A stretch of DNA of 36,796 nt, from NCBI GenBank assembly GCA_023231475.1, contig JALJEE010000230.1:1-36796 (forward strand), read 5' to 3'. Positions 1 to 9,888 of the stretch are shown here, in pieces (the stretch's first letter is position 1; the number at the start of each line of letters is the position of its first letter). This DNA comes from Seison nebaliae. Taxonomy: Eukaryota. Both the position numbers and the translations under genes were made by a program. Under the pieces are notes generated by a model, which was not told the origin of the DNA, ran no database searches, and saw only the letters and a program-made list of their open reading frames with translations.

Positions 1-228
1 TTTTTTGAACAAAATGGCGATTTTGGCGCCATTTTTTTTTTCTTCAATAGAGATAGTTGGAGTACTTCTTTCCTTTCTTCTCATGAATGACCAGAATTTC
101 GAGGTGTTGTTCATTTTAACCAATTCCTCATATTTTTGTTCCTCCGCTTTCCTAAGTAAATCGCGAACAGCATAACGGAAGTCTCTCCGAGCAGTTTTTC
201 TAATGGTTATTATTTCGTTCCTTATTTT
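1..228 (-). mobile_element. Non-LTR retrotransposon (LINE) ORF2 fragment, endonuclease-RT linker region; runs off the window edge
   Basis: Stop-free minus frame KIRNEIITIRKTARRDFRYAVRDLLRKAEEQKYEELVKMNNTSKFWSFMRRKERSTPTISIEEKKNGAKIAILF resembles the 'R..F/Y..A.R...N..KFW..I/M...IA..F' pattern preceding RT in CR1/L2-group elements. No RT core is visible in the window. Confidence 0.5.
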
Positions 229-761
229 TTATCTTCACTCAATTTTTGAATAAACATTTCAATTCTTAATTCCCTTCCAATAATTTGACTAATTCTTATA
301 TCTCTAATCTAATATAATCGACCAATTCTAATTTTTTTATTCTTTTTTTTTATCATTTTGCAAAAAGAAAGGAAAACCAAAAAGGTTTTTTCCAAAAAAT
401 TGATGGGGGTGCCACTAATTCCGACAACGTTAGCATGCAACTTTAGAATGATCATACATTGTTAATTTCGAACTATATCTTCAATTCATTGATGTCAATT
501 TTTAGTTCTAATTAGTTAAAAATGGAGAAAACTAAAGTCATTAAAAAAAAGACGATTGTTTCTTGAAGAAATTCGGAGCCATTACGACCATCATCACATA
601 AAAGTCATCATTTTTATGAACTATCAAAGTCTATTTATTCTTCAACTCATTTGTGCGTTTTTAAAATCCAAAAACTTTCCTTCTTTATCAAAACCCAAGA
701 ATATCATTTTTAAATTTGAATATCTTCAATAAAATTCCATGTGTAATATTTCGTTATTACA

Positions 762-1492
762 ATGAGTACAAAAGTTGATGTCGTATTAAAATATTTAATA
801 GAGCAAGAACGACCTTATAATGTTAATGATATCTTCCAAAATTTACACAAGAAATACAAAATTCCAGTTTATTTCATAATTTTTTTTCCTCATTCCTCAT
901 AAATTTTTAGTTTATTCAAAAATCCTTGGAAAATCTGAGAGACGATAATAAAATAGTCGAAAAAATATATGGAAAACAAAAAATTTATTGTTATATAGTT
1001 CGTCTAATATATTTTTGAGTTTTATAAAACATTCTAATTTTAGAAAGAAATTGCCAATGATAATGAATTGGTAGAAATGAAGGAAAATTTACGTATCATA
1101 AAAGATGAAAACAAAAAACTTTATGAGAAAAAGGAGATTTTGTTAAAGGATTACGAAAAGTTGAAGATAGTAATTACGAATTGCGATTTGGATAAAATGA
1201 TAATGACAAATAAAGAAAAAATTGAAAAATTGAATAAAATATCGTTTTCCAATGACACGCTATCAGATGGTATCAAAGTAGATTTGAAATTATTAAAGAA
1301 ATTGAAATCGACGTTGAAAGATCGAAAAAATAAATTTTATGACATATTTGATGGAATGTTAGAGAACAGTGATATGTCAAAAGAAGAATTACTTGTTAGA
1401 AACTTCATTAAAATTGTTTTCTCATTTTTTAATTTCAGACAAAAATTGGGATAAACGATCAAATCGCAAGAATCGAAAAATTATCTATATGA
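762..1492 (+). CDS. HOP2: Homologous-pairing protein 2 (Hop2/TBPIP/PSMC3IP), 4 exons, 198 aa
   Basis: Exons 762-866, 911-997, 1044-1394, 1439-1492; GT-AG introns of 44, 46 and 44 nt, all phase 0. Spliced protein MSTKVDVVLKYLIEQERPYNVNDIFQNL...KIVEKIYGKQKIY...coiled coil...RKNKFYDIFDGMLENSDMSKEELLTKIGI matches the Hop2 winged-helix (YL.EQ.RPY, GKQKIY) and C-terminal motifs. Confidence 0.92.
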
Positions 1493-1803
1493 AATATAAT
1501 TTTAATTTTTCTATAATAAATTTTTAAATAATTTAGAATAAATTTTTTTTTTGTTCAACAGAATTTTAAAAAAAGTTGAGATTATATGTGTTTATTAAAA
1601 TAAAATTGAAAAACCGATAAAATAAAGAAATGAGTAAAAAAAGAAATCTCATTAAAATTTGAAATAGGGAAAGAGCTCTAGAACGACAAAGGAAGCACCA
1701 TTTTCTGCCTCAACTAAATGTTCGAGCAATCATTAACCAATTTCATTATTTTATTAGAGAATTTGAAGTAATTTAATCTGTTCTATACATTCATTTAAAT
1801 AAT

Positions 1804-3486
1804 TTATTTTCCTTTCACCTCAAATGTAACATATCCTGGAACAGTGTAACGACGTACAATTTCTTCAATAGAACCGAACGATTGTGAACTACCACCAAAA
1901 CTTGATGACGATTGTTCAAATGAGGAGTAACTTGAACCACCACCCATACCACCGCTATAACTGGAACTAGCATCAATACCACCGCCATAACTAGAACTAG
2001 CATCCATACCGCCACCATAACTGGCACCATAAGATCCAGAACCACCTGCACCATAATCTGATGATGAGGAGAAATTGGATGACATTGATGAATAGTTTGA
2101 CCCACCAGCACTACCAAAATCAGCCCCACCTCCGAATGATACACCGCCATCACCAAAACCACTACTGCCAGATTCGAAACTCGAGGAACTACTTCCAAAA
2201 CTGCTCGAACCACTTGAAGAGAAATCTGCGACAGATCCATAACTACCGGACGATCCTCCTCCTGCTGCTATTGCTTTATATTCTTGCATGACATCTGATG
2301 GTGGTTGCAATTGTTGATGTGTGATAGTCATTCCAAATTGTTGGAGAGCAGAAGATATAGCTCCCAAATCTCTCAATTGTCCTGAATATCGTTGGACATA
2401 AGTTTGAGGATTGACTTTGATTACACCTAAATTATGAACTTCTTTCATCAGTTTGACATCTGCTGATTTCCATTGGACAATCATGTTCTTTACATTTTCC
2501 GCACGTTTGACATCTGCTGATTTCTGATAAATAACTCGACGTTTCTGTTGTTTGTAAGGTAACCATCGTTCAATAATTAAGGAACGTGGCTTGGGTGGAA
2601 GAGGAGGTAACCGTTCAACGATTACTCTTCGTGGAGGTGGTGGCATTCGAGGTAATTGCTTAGTGATTACCTTTGGCCCTGGTGCCACTGGTGGTTTTGG
2701 AGGATTTTCCCGAACGACTAATGGAGTAGGTGTGGGAGCTCGTGGTGGTCGTTGACGAATAACAATCGGAGGAGCTGGTGGTGGACCAGGTGGTCTAACT
2801 TCCTTAATGATTATAGGGCCGGGTGGTGGGGGAGTTGGTGGTTGCAAATATCTAACAGCGATCTCTTGTTTATAAGTAACAGCTTCGTTGTTTGTTTTTT
2901 GAACAACTTTTGGATTGGGATCATAATTAATTTTATATTGATCTATCGACATTGATGATGATGACATATTAGCTCCATCACCTGAACCAAAAGAACTACC
3001 ACCTTCAAAGGAAGTGCTACTACTGAAAGAAGAATTTGAATCTCCTTCAAAACCAGCCGAACCACTGAATGAACCACCGAAAGAACCGCCACTTTCACCT
3101 GCACCAAATGTAGCACCAGATGAATAATCTCCAGCCGAGGAACCACTTGAACTATAACTACTTGATTCATAATTGAAAGAAGATGAACTATCGCCACCAG
3201 CTCCAAAATCTGCTCCATTCATCATCATCCCTCCATCTCCACCAGATGCATCACTTCCAAATGATGAACTAGAATAAGATGAACTTTCCATACCGCCTTC
3301 CATACCGGCCATTCCAGATTCGAAACCTCCACTCATACCTCCTCCATATGAGGATGATGAAGAGGAAGAAAAGGAAGAAGAACCAGAGGTGTAATGTTGG
3401 GCACCGATACCTTCGATTCCACCTTGACCACCTAAATCACTAGCGGCCACGTAATTTTTCATCAATTTCATATGAGTCTGATTCAT
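1804..3486 (-). CDS. Proline-core structural-type protein A (560 aa), Gly/Ser/Phe/Tyr-rich N- and C-terminal tails, intronless
   Basis: Long ATG-initiated ORF. Its 213-aa core (nt 2299-2937) is about 75% identical (hand count 159/213, no indels) to the core of 4647-6032. Shared C-terminal motif IEEIVRRYTVPGYVTFEVKG. No signal peptide. Confidence 0.9.
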   Translation of the reverse strand: MNQTHMKLMKNYVAASDLGGQGGIEGIGAQHYTSGSSSFSSSSSSSYGGGMSGGFESGMAGMEGGMESSSYSSSSFGSDASGGDGGMMMNGADFGAGGDSSSSFNYESSSYSSSGSSAGDYSSGATFGAGESGGSFGGSFSGSAGFEGDSNSSFSSSTSFEGGSSFGSGDGANMSSSSMSIDQYKINYDPNPKVVQKTNNEAVTYKQEIAVRYLQPPTPPPPGPIIIKEVRPPGPPPAPPIVIRQRPPRAPTPTPLVVRENPPKPPVAPGPKVITKQLPRMPPPPRRVIVERLPPLPPKPRSLIIERWLPYKQQKRRVIYQKSADVKRAENVKNMIVQWKSADVKLMKEVHNLGVIKVNPQTYVQRYSGQLRDLGAISSALQQFGMTITHQQLQPPSDVMQEYKAIAAGGGSSGSYGSVADFSSSGSSSFGSSSSSFESGSSGFGDGGVSFGGGADFGSAGGSNYSSMSSNFSSSSDYGAGGSGSYGASYGGGMDASSSYGGGIDASSSYSGGMGGGSSYSSFEQSSSSFGGSSQSFGSIEEIVRRYTVPGYVTFEVKGK

Positions 3487-4646
3487 TTTCGTTTAATGAA
3501 AATTTCAAAGTAAATCTTTCTAGAGATTTGCTCATCAATTTATATCCGTAAGGTAAAGTGATATGATGGACATCAGCGATTTTTATCATCGACCTTCATC
3601 AATTTTACTTTCATCGAAAATAGTGATTTAATTATCAATTTGTGTATGTTTGAACAATTCATTATAATTTGTAATTACTATCTTCAATTATCATAATTAT
3701 TATCATCATTTGTGATAATATTAATTTGGTATTTTAATTAAAATTCTTTTTGAAACCGATTCTCTTCCGGCTGTCTCTCATCAAAAGGAAAGTTTCATTT
3801 TCTTCAAATATCAATATTATCTAATAATTCAATAATTTTATCTCAATTATCTAATTAAATAACGATCCATCATCTTATCATTATATTATCGACAATTTAA
3901 TTGTTTGAAAATAATTTATAAATTTCAATTATATTTTTCGAAATAAAATTTTTAAATTTCACTTCATTATAAAAACAGAAAACATTCAAAATTATTAAAC
4001 GAAAAACAAACATAAAATTTATGATTCGTAAAGTCTGCTTGACTTATCCTTTCCAATCGAGAAAATGAAAGAAAAAGACACGACAATAATAAGTTGAGAA
4101 TGTCAGATAAGATCATTAAAAAAAATATCATATCGATATCTAAAAAGAATGAGGAAACTTGTTTTTGTTTGTACGAGAAGGAAATGAAGATTTTTAAGAC
4201 AAAGCAACAATAGGCGGAACATGAATTGATGTTGCAAATAAAAATGTCGTTTAGATAGTGATACTAATTTGAAATAGATAAGGTAAGGAAGAAACGACGA
4301 ATGTAGAAAGGCAGAACGTGAAAAATTAATAGGAAAACTATTTTTTCTAATCCAAATAAATTTGGAGAGACAATAAGATATCATCAAGGATCCAAACGTT
4401 TGATACACTTCAATTAACCGCCGACTGTTACGATTAATTATCATCTTCTCCAGTGTTCTTATGAAGAAGCGGAAGAATTGAATAAAATAGAAAGTGTAGT
4501 ATATAGATCATTCATATTGATATAAACTCAAATCATTACAGTTCAATTGTTATATCATACATCGGATACTTATTCGAAATAAATACTCAATTTTTCGATT
4601 GACACCAAAAAAATTCCCAAGATTCATTTTTCACCTTTTTTGGTTC
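3487..4646. promoter_or_regulatory. Putative bidirectional promoter between the two proline-core paralogs
   Basis: 1.16 kb between divergent ATGs. The same TATA-like octamer GATATAAA faces each gene (minus 3539-3546; plus 4519-4526). Confidence 0.5.
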
Positions 4647-6032
4647 ATGGAAAATTTTCAACAAACATCTTCATATTCTTCATCATCTGCAGTCGTCAAT
4701 AACGATATGAATGATGAAGGTCACCAATCGCTATTTCAATCGGCTAATACGGATTTTGGACAAACGGAGAAACCGGTTGGAAGTCATTTATTCGATAACG
4801 CTTACAGCGTTGAAGAAATGAATACTGAAAATTTCGAAAATAGTTTTCAATACAACACTTCCCAAGAAGCAAATAACCTTCCCGCCGATACAATAGTAGG
4901 TGCGGGGAATTATTATTCTGAACAAACAAATAATAATTTCGATGGTAGTAATTTGAATTATGTAACCGAACTTTCTGGCTTGAAAGAAAATGAGAGTAAT
5001 TTTGAAAATTATAAATACCAAATAAACTATGATCCACACCCTCAAGTGATTAGAAAGGAGAATAATGATCAAATCACTTATAAACAAGAAGTTGCTGTTA
5101 GATATTTACAACCGCCAACTCCACCTCCACCTGGTCCGATTATAATAAAAGAAGTTCGCCCACCAGCACCACCACCAGCTCCACCCGTTATTATTCGTCA
5201 ACGACCTCCTCGTGCACCAACTCCACCACCTTTGGTAGTTAGAGAGAATCCTCCACAACCTCCAACTGCACCGGGACCGAAAATAATAACGAAACAATTA
5301 CCACCAGTTGCACCTCCACCAAGACGAGTTATCATCGAGCGATTACCCCCTTTACCACCTAAACCTCGTTCATTAATTGTGGAGCGTTGGCTACCTTACA
5401 AACAACAAAAACGACGTGTTATCTATCAAAGAGCTAAACATGTGGAGAATCAGCAACCGGTAAAGAATTTAATCATTCAATGGGGTGGTGCTAATACGAA
5501 GGTGGTAAAAGAGGTTCATAATTTGGGTATAATTAAAGTGAATCCAATGAGATACACAGAACAATATTCTGGACAATTGAGAGATGTGGGTGCTATTCAA
5601 TCTGCCTTACAAGAATTCGGTATGGATATCAACAACGAAAAATTACAAGTCCCCAATAAATATAGAGACCAATTGAACCAGAATGATGGTAGTTTATATG
5701 CAACTGATGAGGCGGGATTAGATTTTGGTCAGAATACAATTAACAATTTTGAAGATAGAATCAACACCTCTTCAACCATCAATCAAATTCGAACGACTTC
5801 GAATTATGATAATTTTGATGGAAATTTCGACGGAAATTTTAACCAACAAAATTTCTCCGATTCATTCAATTCTTTCGCAACGACTGGTACTTCGGGGTTT
5901 GAAACTCAAAATATTCTGGATTCTGCTGGGGATTCGAATGGTGACAACTCGAATATGACGGAAGATATTCAGGATATAATTCGAAAATATTCAATTCCAG
6001 GATTTAAGACGTTTGAAGTGCGTGGTAATTAG
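4647..6032 (+). CDS. Proline-core structural-type protein B (461 aa), Asn/Thr/Phe/acidic tails, intronless
   Basis: First in-frame ATG is 4647; the track start at 4599 is TTG. Core nt 5016-5654 (VRYLQPPTPPPPGPIIIKEVRPP...PRSLIVERWLPY) is paralogous to 1804-3486. C-terminus IQDIIRKYSIPGFKTFEVRG. Confidence 0.9.
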   Translation: MENFQQTSSYSSSSAVVNNDMNDEGHQSLFQSANTDFGQTEKPVGSHLFDNAYSVEEMNTENFENSFQYNTSQEANNLPADTIVGAGNYYSEQTNNNFDGSNLNYVTELSGLKENESNFENYKYQINYDPHPQVIRKENNDQITYKQEVAVRYLQPPTPPPPGPIIIKEVRPPAPPPAPPVIIRQRPPRAPTPPPLVVRENPPQPPTAPGPKIITKQLPPVAPPPRRVIIERLPPLPPKPRSLIVERWLPYKQQKRRVIYQRAKHVENQQPVKNLIIQWGGANTKVVKEVHNLGIIKVNPMRYTEQYSGQLRDVGAIQSALQEFGMDINNEKLQVPNKYRDQLNQNDGSLYATDEAGLDFGQNTINNFEDRINTSSTINQIRTTSNYDNFDGNFDGNFNQQNFSDSFNSFATTGTSGFETQNILDSAGDSNGDNSNMTEDIQDIIRKYSIPGFKTFEVRGN

Positions 6033-6091
6033 GAAAGAAGAAACTCGTTTATTTACAAACTTTATAGAGATAATGAGAAAAGGAATGAGTA

Positions 6092-8763
6092 TCAAATGAA
6101 ACATTTCTTTTCCAACTCTAAAATATTATGCAACATAGATCGATTCTTATTGAAACTTATTCGATGTCGACGAGAACGTGTATTTAATTGATGTTGTCGT
6201 CTTAATGTTCGAAATTTTATAACTTTCTCATTTAAGTTTTGTATTATTCTCTCATTCCAATCGTTCAATTTTAAATCAAAATTATGCTTTAATCCACTCT
6301 CTTTCGCATTCGACTTCCATTCAATCGAATTTTGTAGATCGATCGATAATTTATACAAAGTCGTTGGTTTTTGATGTCGTTTCGAAATGAATTCTTTCAA
6401 TTCATCATACCTTCAAATTTAAAAATAATTTTTTCATGTTCAAAACAATAAAATGAAACTTTTTTTTATTCCTCATTCTCATCGATAAATTCAACAATTG
6501 TTGATTAGAAAGCAGATTAATCAGATAATAAAATGGTCCGACGAAATCGATCGATTCTTGTCGATGATCCGATTCAATCTTTTTAAGGAAATATTAATAA
6601 ACTTTTCAAATAAACAAATTCTAATAAAACATTTTTATTATTGAGTTCTTCTAAACAACTCATCGACTGGAGTAAATATAATCTCCAAATTTTATTGTTT
6701 AGGAAGTTATTCTTCTTCTTCAAAGTTATCTTCACCGGATTATTTAACAATTCCATCGTCGTCAATTGATCTAATCGTTGAATGGAACAATCATTAAATT
6801 CGAATGACTATAAATCCAATTTACAATTGCTAATTCATCTCAAAAAAGTTTAAACTTGTAAATTTGGATATTTCGATTGAATTTGAATGAGACAATTGGA
6901 TAATTGATTGATTGAAATTGAATTGAAAACGATTTTCGTTGAAATAGATGCAATTGTAATCGGGACAGAATTTTTCAGAAATGTTTCTAAAGCATGATGA
7001 CCGAACAGGAATAGACATTGTTTCCCTCCAACATCATTTCCGTTTGCATTTGTCGGAGTTTTTTGTTTGAGAGAAGATGGGCGAACATTCGAATGTGCTG
7101 ATTGTATTACTCGTTCTTGAACATTTGATCGTCTCGAACTACTACGAGATGTTGCTCGTCTACTATCGATTCTAGTTGTTCGATAATAATCATTGACGGA
7201 ATGTGACTGGTTTGGAGGAACGTGAATTTTCATCGAATTCGACAAAGAAGAAGAATTACAAAAAGATTTCTCGTGATGATATCGTTTGATTGGGAAAAGA
7301 TTAGTTTGGAATTTTTGAAATTGTTGTTGATTCTTCTTTATGAAATTCGTCGATGTAGTATCGATGTTGATGGTACTGACCTTCAAACCATTCGTATTCA
7401 TTAAATCATTCTTAATGAGTTGATGCGATGGAAATGAATTAATCTTCTCGCCATTCAATATTTGAATTCGTGAAAACTGTTCAATGATCTGTTGTTTCGT
7501 ATATTGGACGGAAGAATCTTGATGATCATCAATATTCATTAAAGGTGTTCTCTCAATTGACAGTTCCTGTAACTCGATACAATCTCTTAACGATCCGATA
7601 CTTCGAAGTGATGAAAATCGATTTCGACTCAAAAATATTCTTTTCAATTTTCGTAAATTCTTCAACGATGTTGGTAATTGACGAATACAATTCTTTTTCA
7701 CGTTCAATTCGCTGAGATTGCCGAAACCATTATCCAAGATTGAGAGACTTTTGATTCGATTATCTGCCAAATTTAAAATTCGCAAATTTGAAAGATGTTC
7801 GAGATTCTCTACGATCGTAATCTGATTCGAATGTAAATCGAGGATATCTAGTGAGGTAATATCTCTCATATTTTCTATTTTTTTTATCCTAAAAAAAATT
7901 TATAAATTTGATATGTTTTAAAAATGAAAAAAATTATCGTAAATTATTTTTAAAAAAAGTCATTTGAATTATACATTATAATTATTTGTATGAAGGTATT
8001 ATTATTATAAGACCGTAAATTATAAGACTAAAAAATAATTGTTAACCGATTCTTTCCCAATAAGAGAACTTTTAAAGAAATTAACTGATTGATTCCATTA
8101 ATTGCGGTGAGACGATTGTCGAATAGATCTAACAAAACTATTGACGGATAAAGAAAATGGAGTTGAGGTAGACGCATAATAGAATTATGTTTCAAATTCA
8201 ATAAACGTATACGATCGTTCTTGAATAACGGTAATTGATTCAACATTGTATGACGAACATGTTGAACTAAATTCATTTTTGATTTTAAAGTTGCGCAATA
8301 AATATCGGAATCCTTCTCCAGGATAATCAATGGAACTTGCTTCAAATTGGCACTACTCAATATAATTCGATCTGTAAATTGTTGTTTCTCGGAAATGATG
8401 GCTACAATCGTCTCATCGGCTAATGTATCAATGACATGTAATTCATGTATTGCATTGTCGGTAGATGATGATGGAATTGTCGAAAAATCATTCAATGCTG
8501 TTACTTTTTTCGTTGATAATAATAATTGTGTATCAATTGCCAATTTCTCATTTTTCATTATTCTCTCCTCCTTAAACTTCTTATATCGTTGCACAGGTAA
8601 TGGTAATTGATTACGTCGAAATCTTTCCACCGAACTAATGAATGACATGATGATGATTATTGTTATAACGAGGATAATCGTATAAATTAGCACATCTACT
8701 ATTATTTTAACTTACAATTGTTAGTTTTATAGAATGTTCAAATTTTAAACGAATCATTGACAT
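6092..8763 (-). CDS. LRRC49: Leucine-rich repeat protein 49-like (tubulin polyglutamylase complex / centriolar satellite), 5-6 exons, 749-774 aa
   Basis: Exons 8763-8751 (tentative), 8710-8047, 7888-6856, 6807-6631, 6578-6460, 6410-6092 sum to 2325 nt in one open frame; introns 40, 158, 48, 52, 49 nt. RLLNLKHNSI...LDLFDNRL...LKVLLLGKNRIKKIEN...LDILDLHSNQITIVENLEHLSNLRILNLADN matches the LRRC49 LRR series, and the later YPNLQSFEF...IWRLYLL block matches its C-terminal region. Alternative start ATG at 8648. Confidence 0.82.
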
Positions 8764-9643
8764 TTTGTGTAAAAAACAAAGTTTGTTTCTATTGAACAAA
8801 TTTTTTTCTTAAAAGAAACCTATTCGAACTATAAATGAATGAAATACTATAATGAGAATAACAAACTTCTCAAAATGAATTTCTCCTATTCAATGTGAGC
8901 TCCACTTCAACATGTCTAACTGATCCACAGTATCAAAGGGAAACGAATATAGAACGACAATATTAGGAATTGAACGAAACAATGAAATGAATGACGTGAC
9001 ACGTTTCATCGAATATTATTTATTATTCGACTAAACGAAGATGGCAATCATTTCTGGTGGCTATATGTTCGAGAATAATGTAAATCAACTTTACTGGTGA
9101 ATTTCCTTCAAAATTCTTTCTTCTCATGGTTACAATCGATTGATACAAAAAAAATTCTTCTCCTTTCAACAATATTCCTTTCTCAAACTTAAGGAAAGTG
9201 TTTCGTCCACTTAAAATGTAATTGTGACATTTATTTCTTTTTATTCATTAGAAAATATTGATTATCGTCTAAGTGTCCTCTAATCAGGATTATGAGAAAT
9301 CGGGAGAAGCATTTCATTTTCATTTGTTTAAGTAAAAGGTAAGACGTAAAGACGAAGTTTTTGTTTCGGAGACTTAATGGGAGAAATCAATGTCATTAAA
9401 AGAGTACTAACTGTCCAAATTGTTTCAGACCGGAATATTATGTAATAACGAAACCAAAAAGAGGAATGGTATGGAAAGCGTTGGGGAAATATCTATAGGA
9501 CACCGACATTAGATACTGTATAAATATTGCTACCTTTTGGTTATCCTTAACAACTATCTATTCATTCGGAAATAAAAATTCATCTTATAGATAATTTATT
9601 TTTCAAAATTTTAATTTAAATCTTAAGCTTAATTCACTTCCTT

Positions 9644-9657
9644 GTAACCATGGAAAC
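9644..9657. promoter_or_regulatory. RFX X-box upstream of LRRC49
   Basis: GTAACCATGGAAAC fits the GTHNYY-AT-RRNAAC consensus exactly, about 880 bp upstream of the LRRC49 start. A near-copy (GTAACCATGAGAAG, minus strand) lies at 9120-9133. Confidence 0.6.
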
Positions 9658-9888
9658 CAATTCAATTTTTTAGTAAATAATTACCAATGGACTAATACTA
9701 ATTATTTTTCTACATTTTATTTGTTTAGAGAATTTCGAAAAGAAGAAAAATGGAGAATTTTATAATAATTTTATTGTTGATACAAATATAATTTGGAGAA
9801 GTGAAAGCAAAAGGTGTTGGTAAATAATTAGAGTAATAAATGAAAAAATATGTAAAGATTTTGTTCTTTTCACTTTTCACACTTTCTT

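Noticed and set aside
1068..1454. 128-aa stand-alone ORF
   Set aside because: It is HOP2 exon 3 read through into intron 3.
4103..4444. 113-aa minus-strand ORF between the paralogs
   Set aside because: F/L/I/S-biased composition typical of AT-rich non-coding DNA, with no domain or splice support.
9360..9500. CPNC...GMVWK segment resembling a Merlin/ISXO2 transposase zinc ribbon
   Set aside because: Needs a frameshift, and has no second cysteine pair or DDE motifs.
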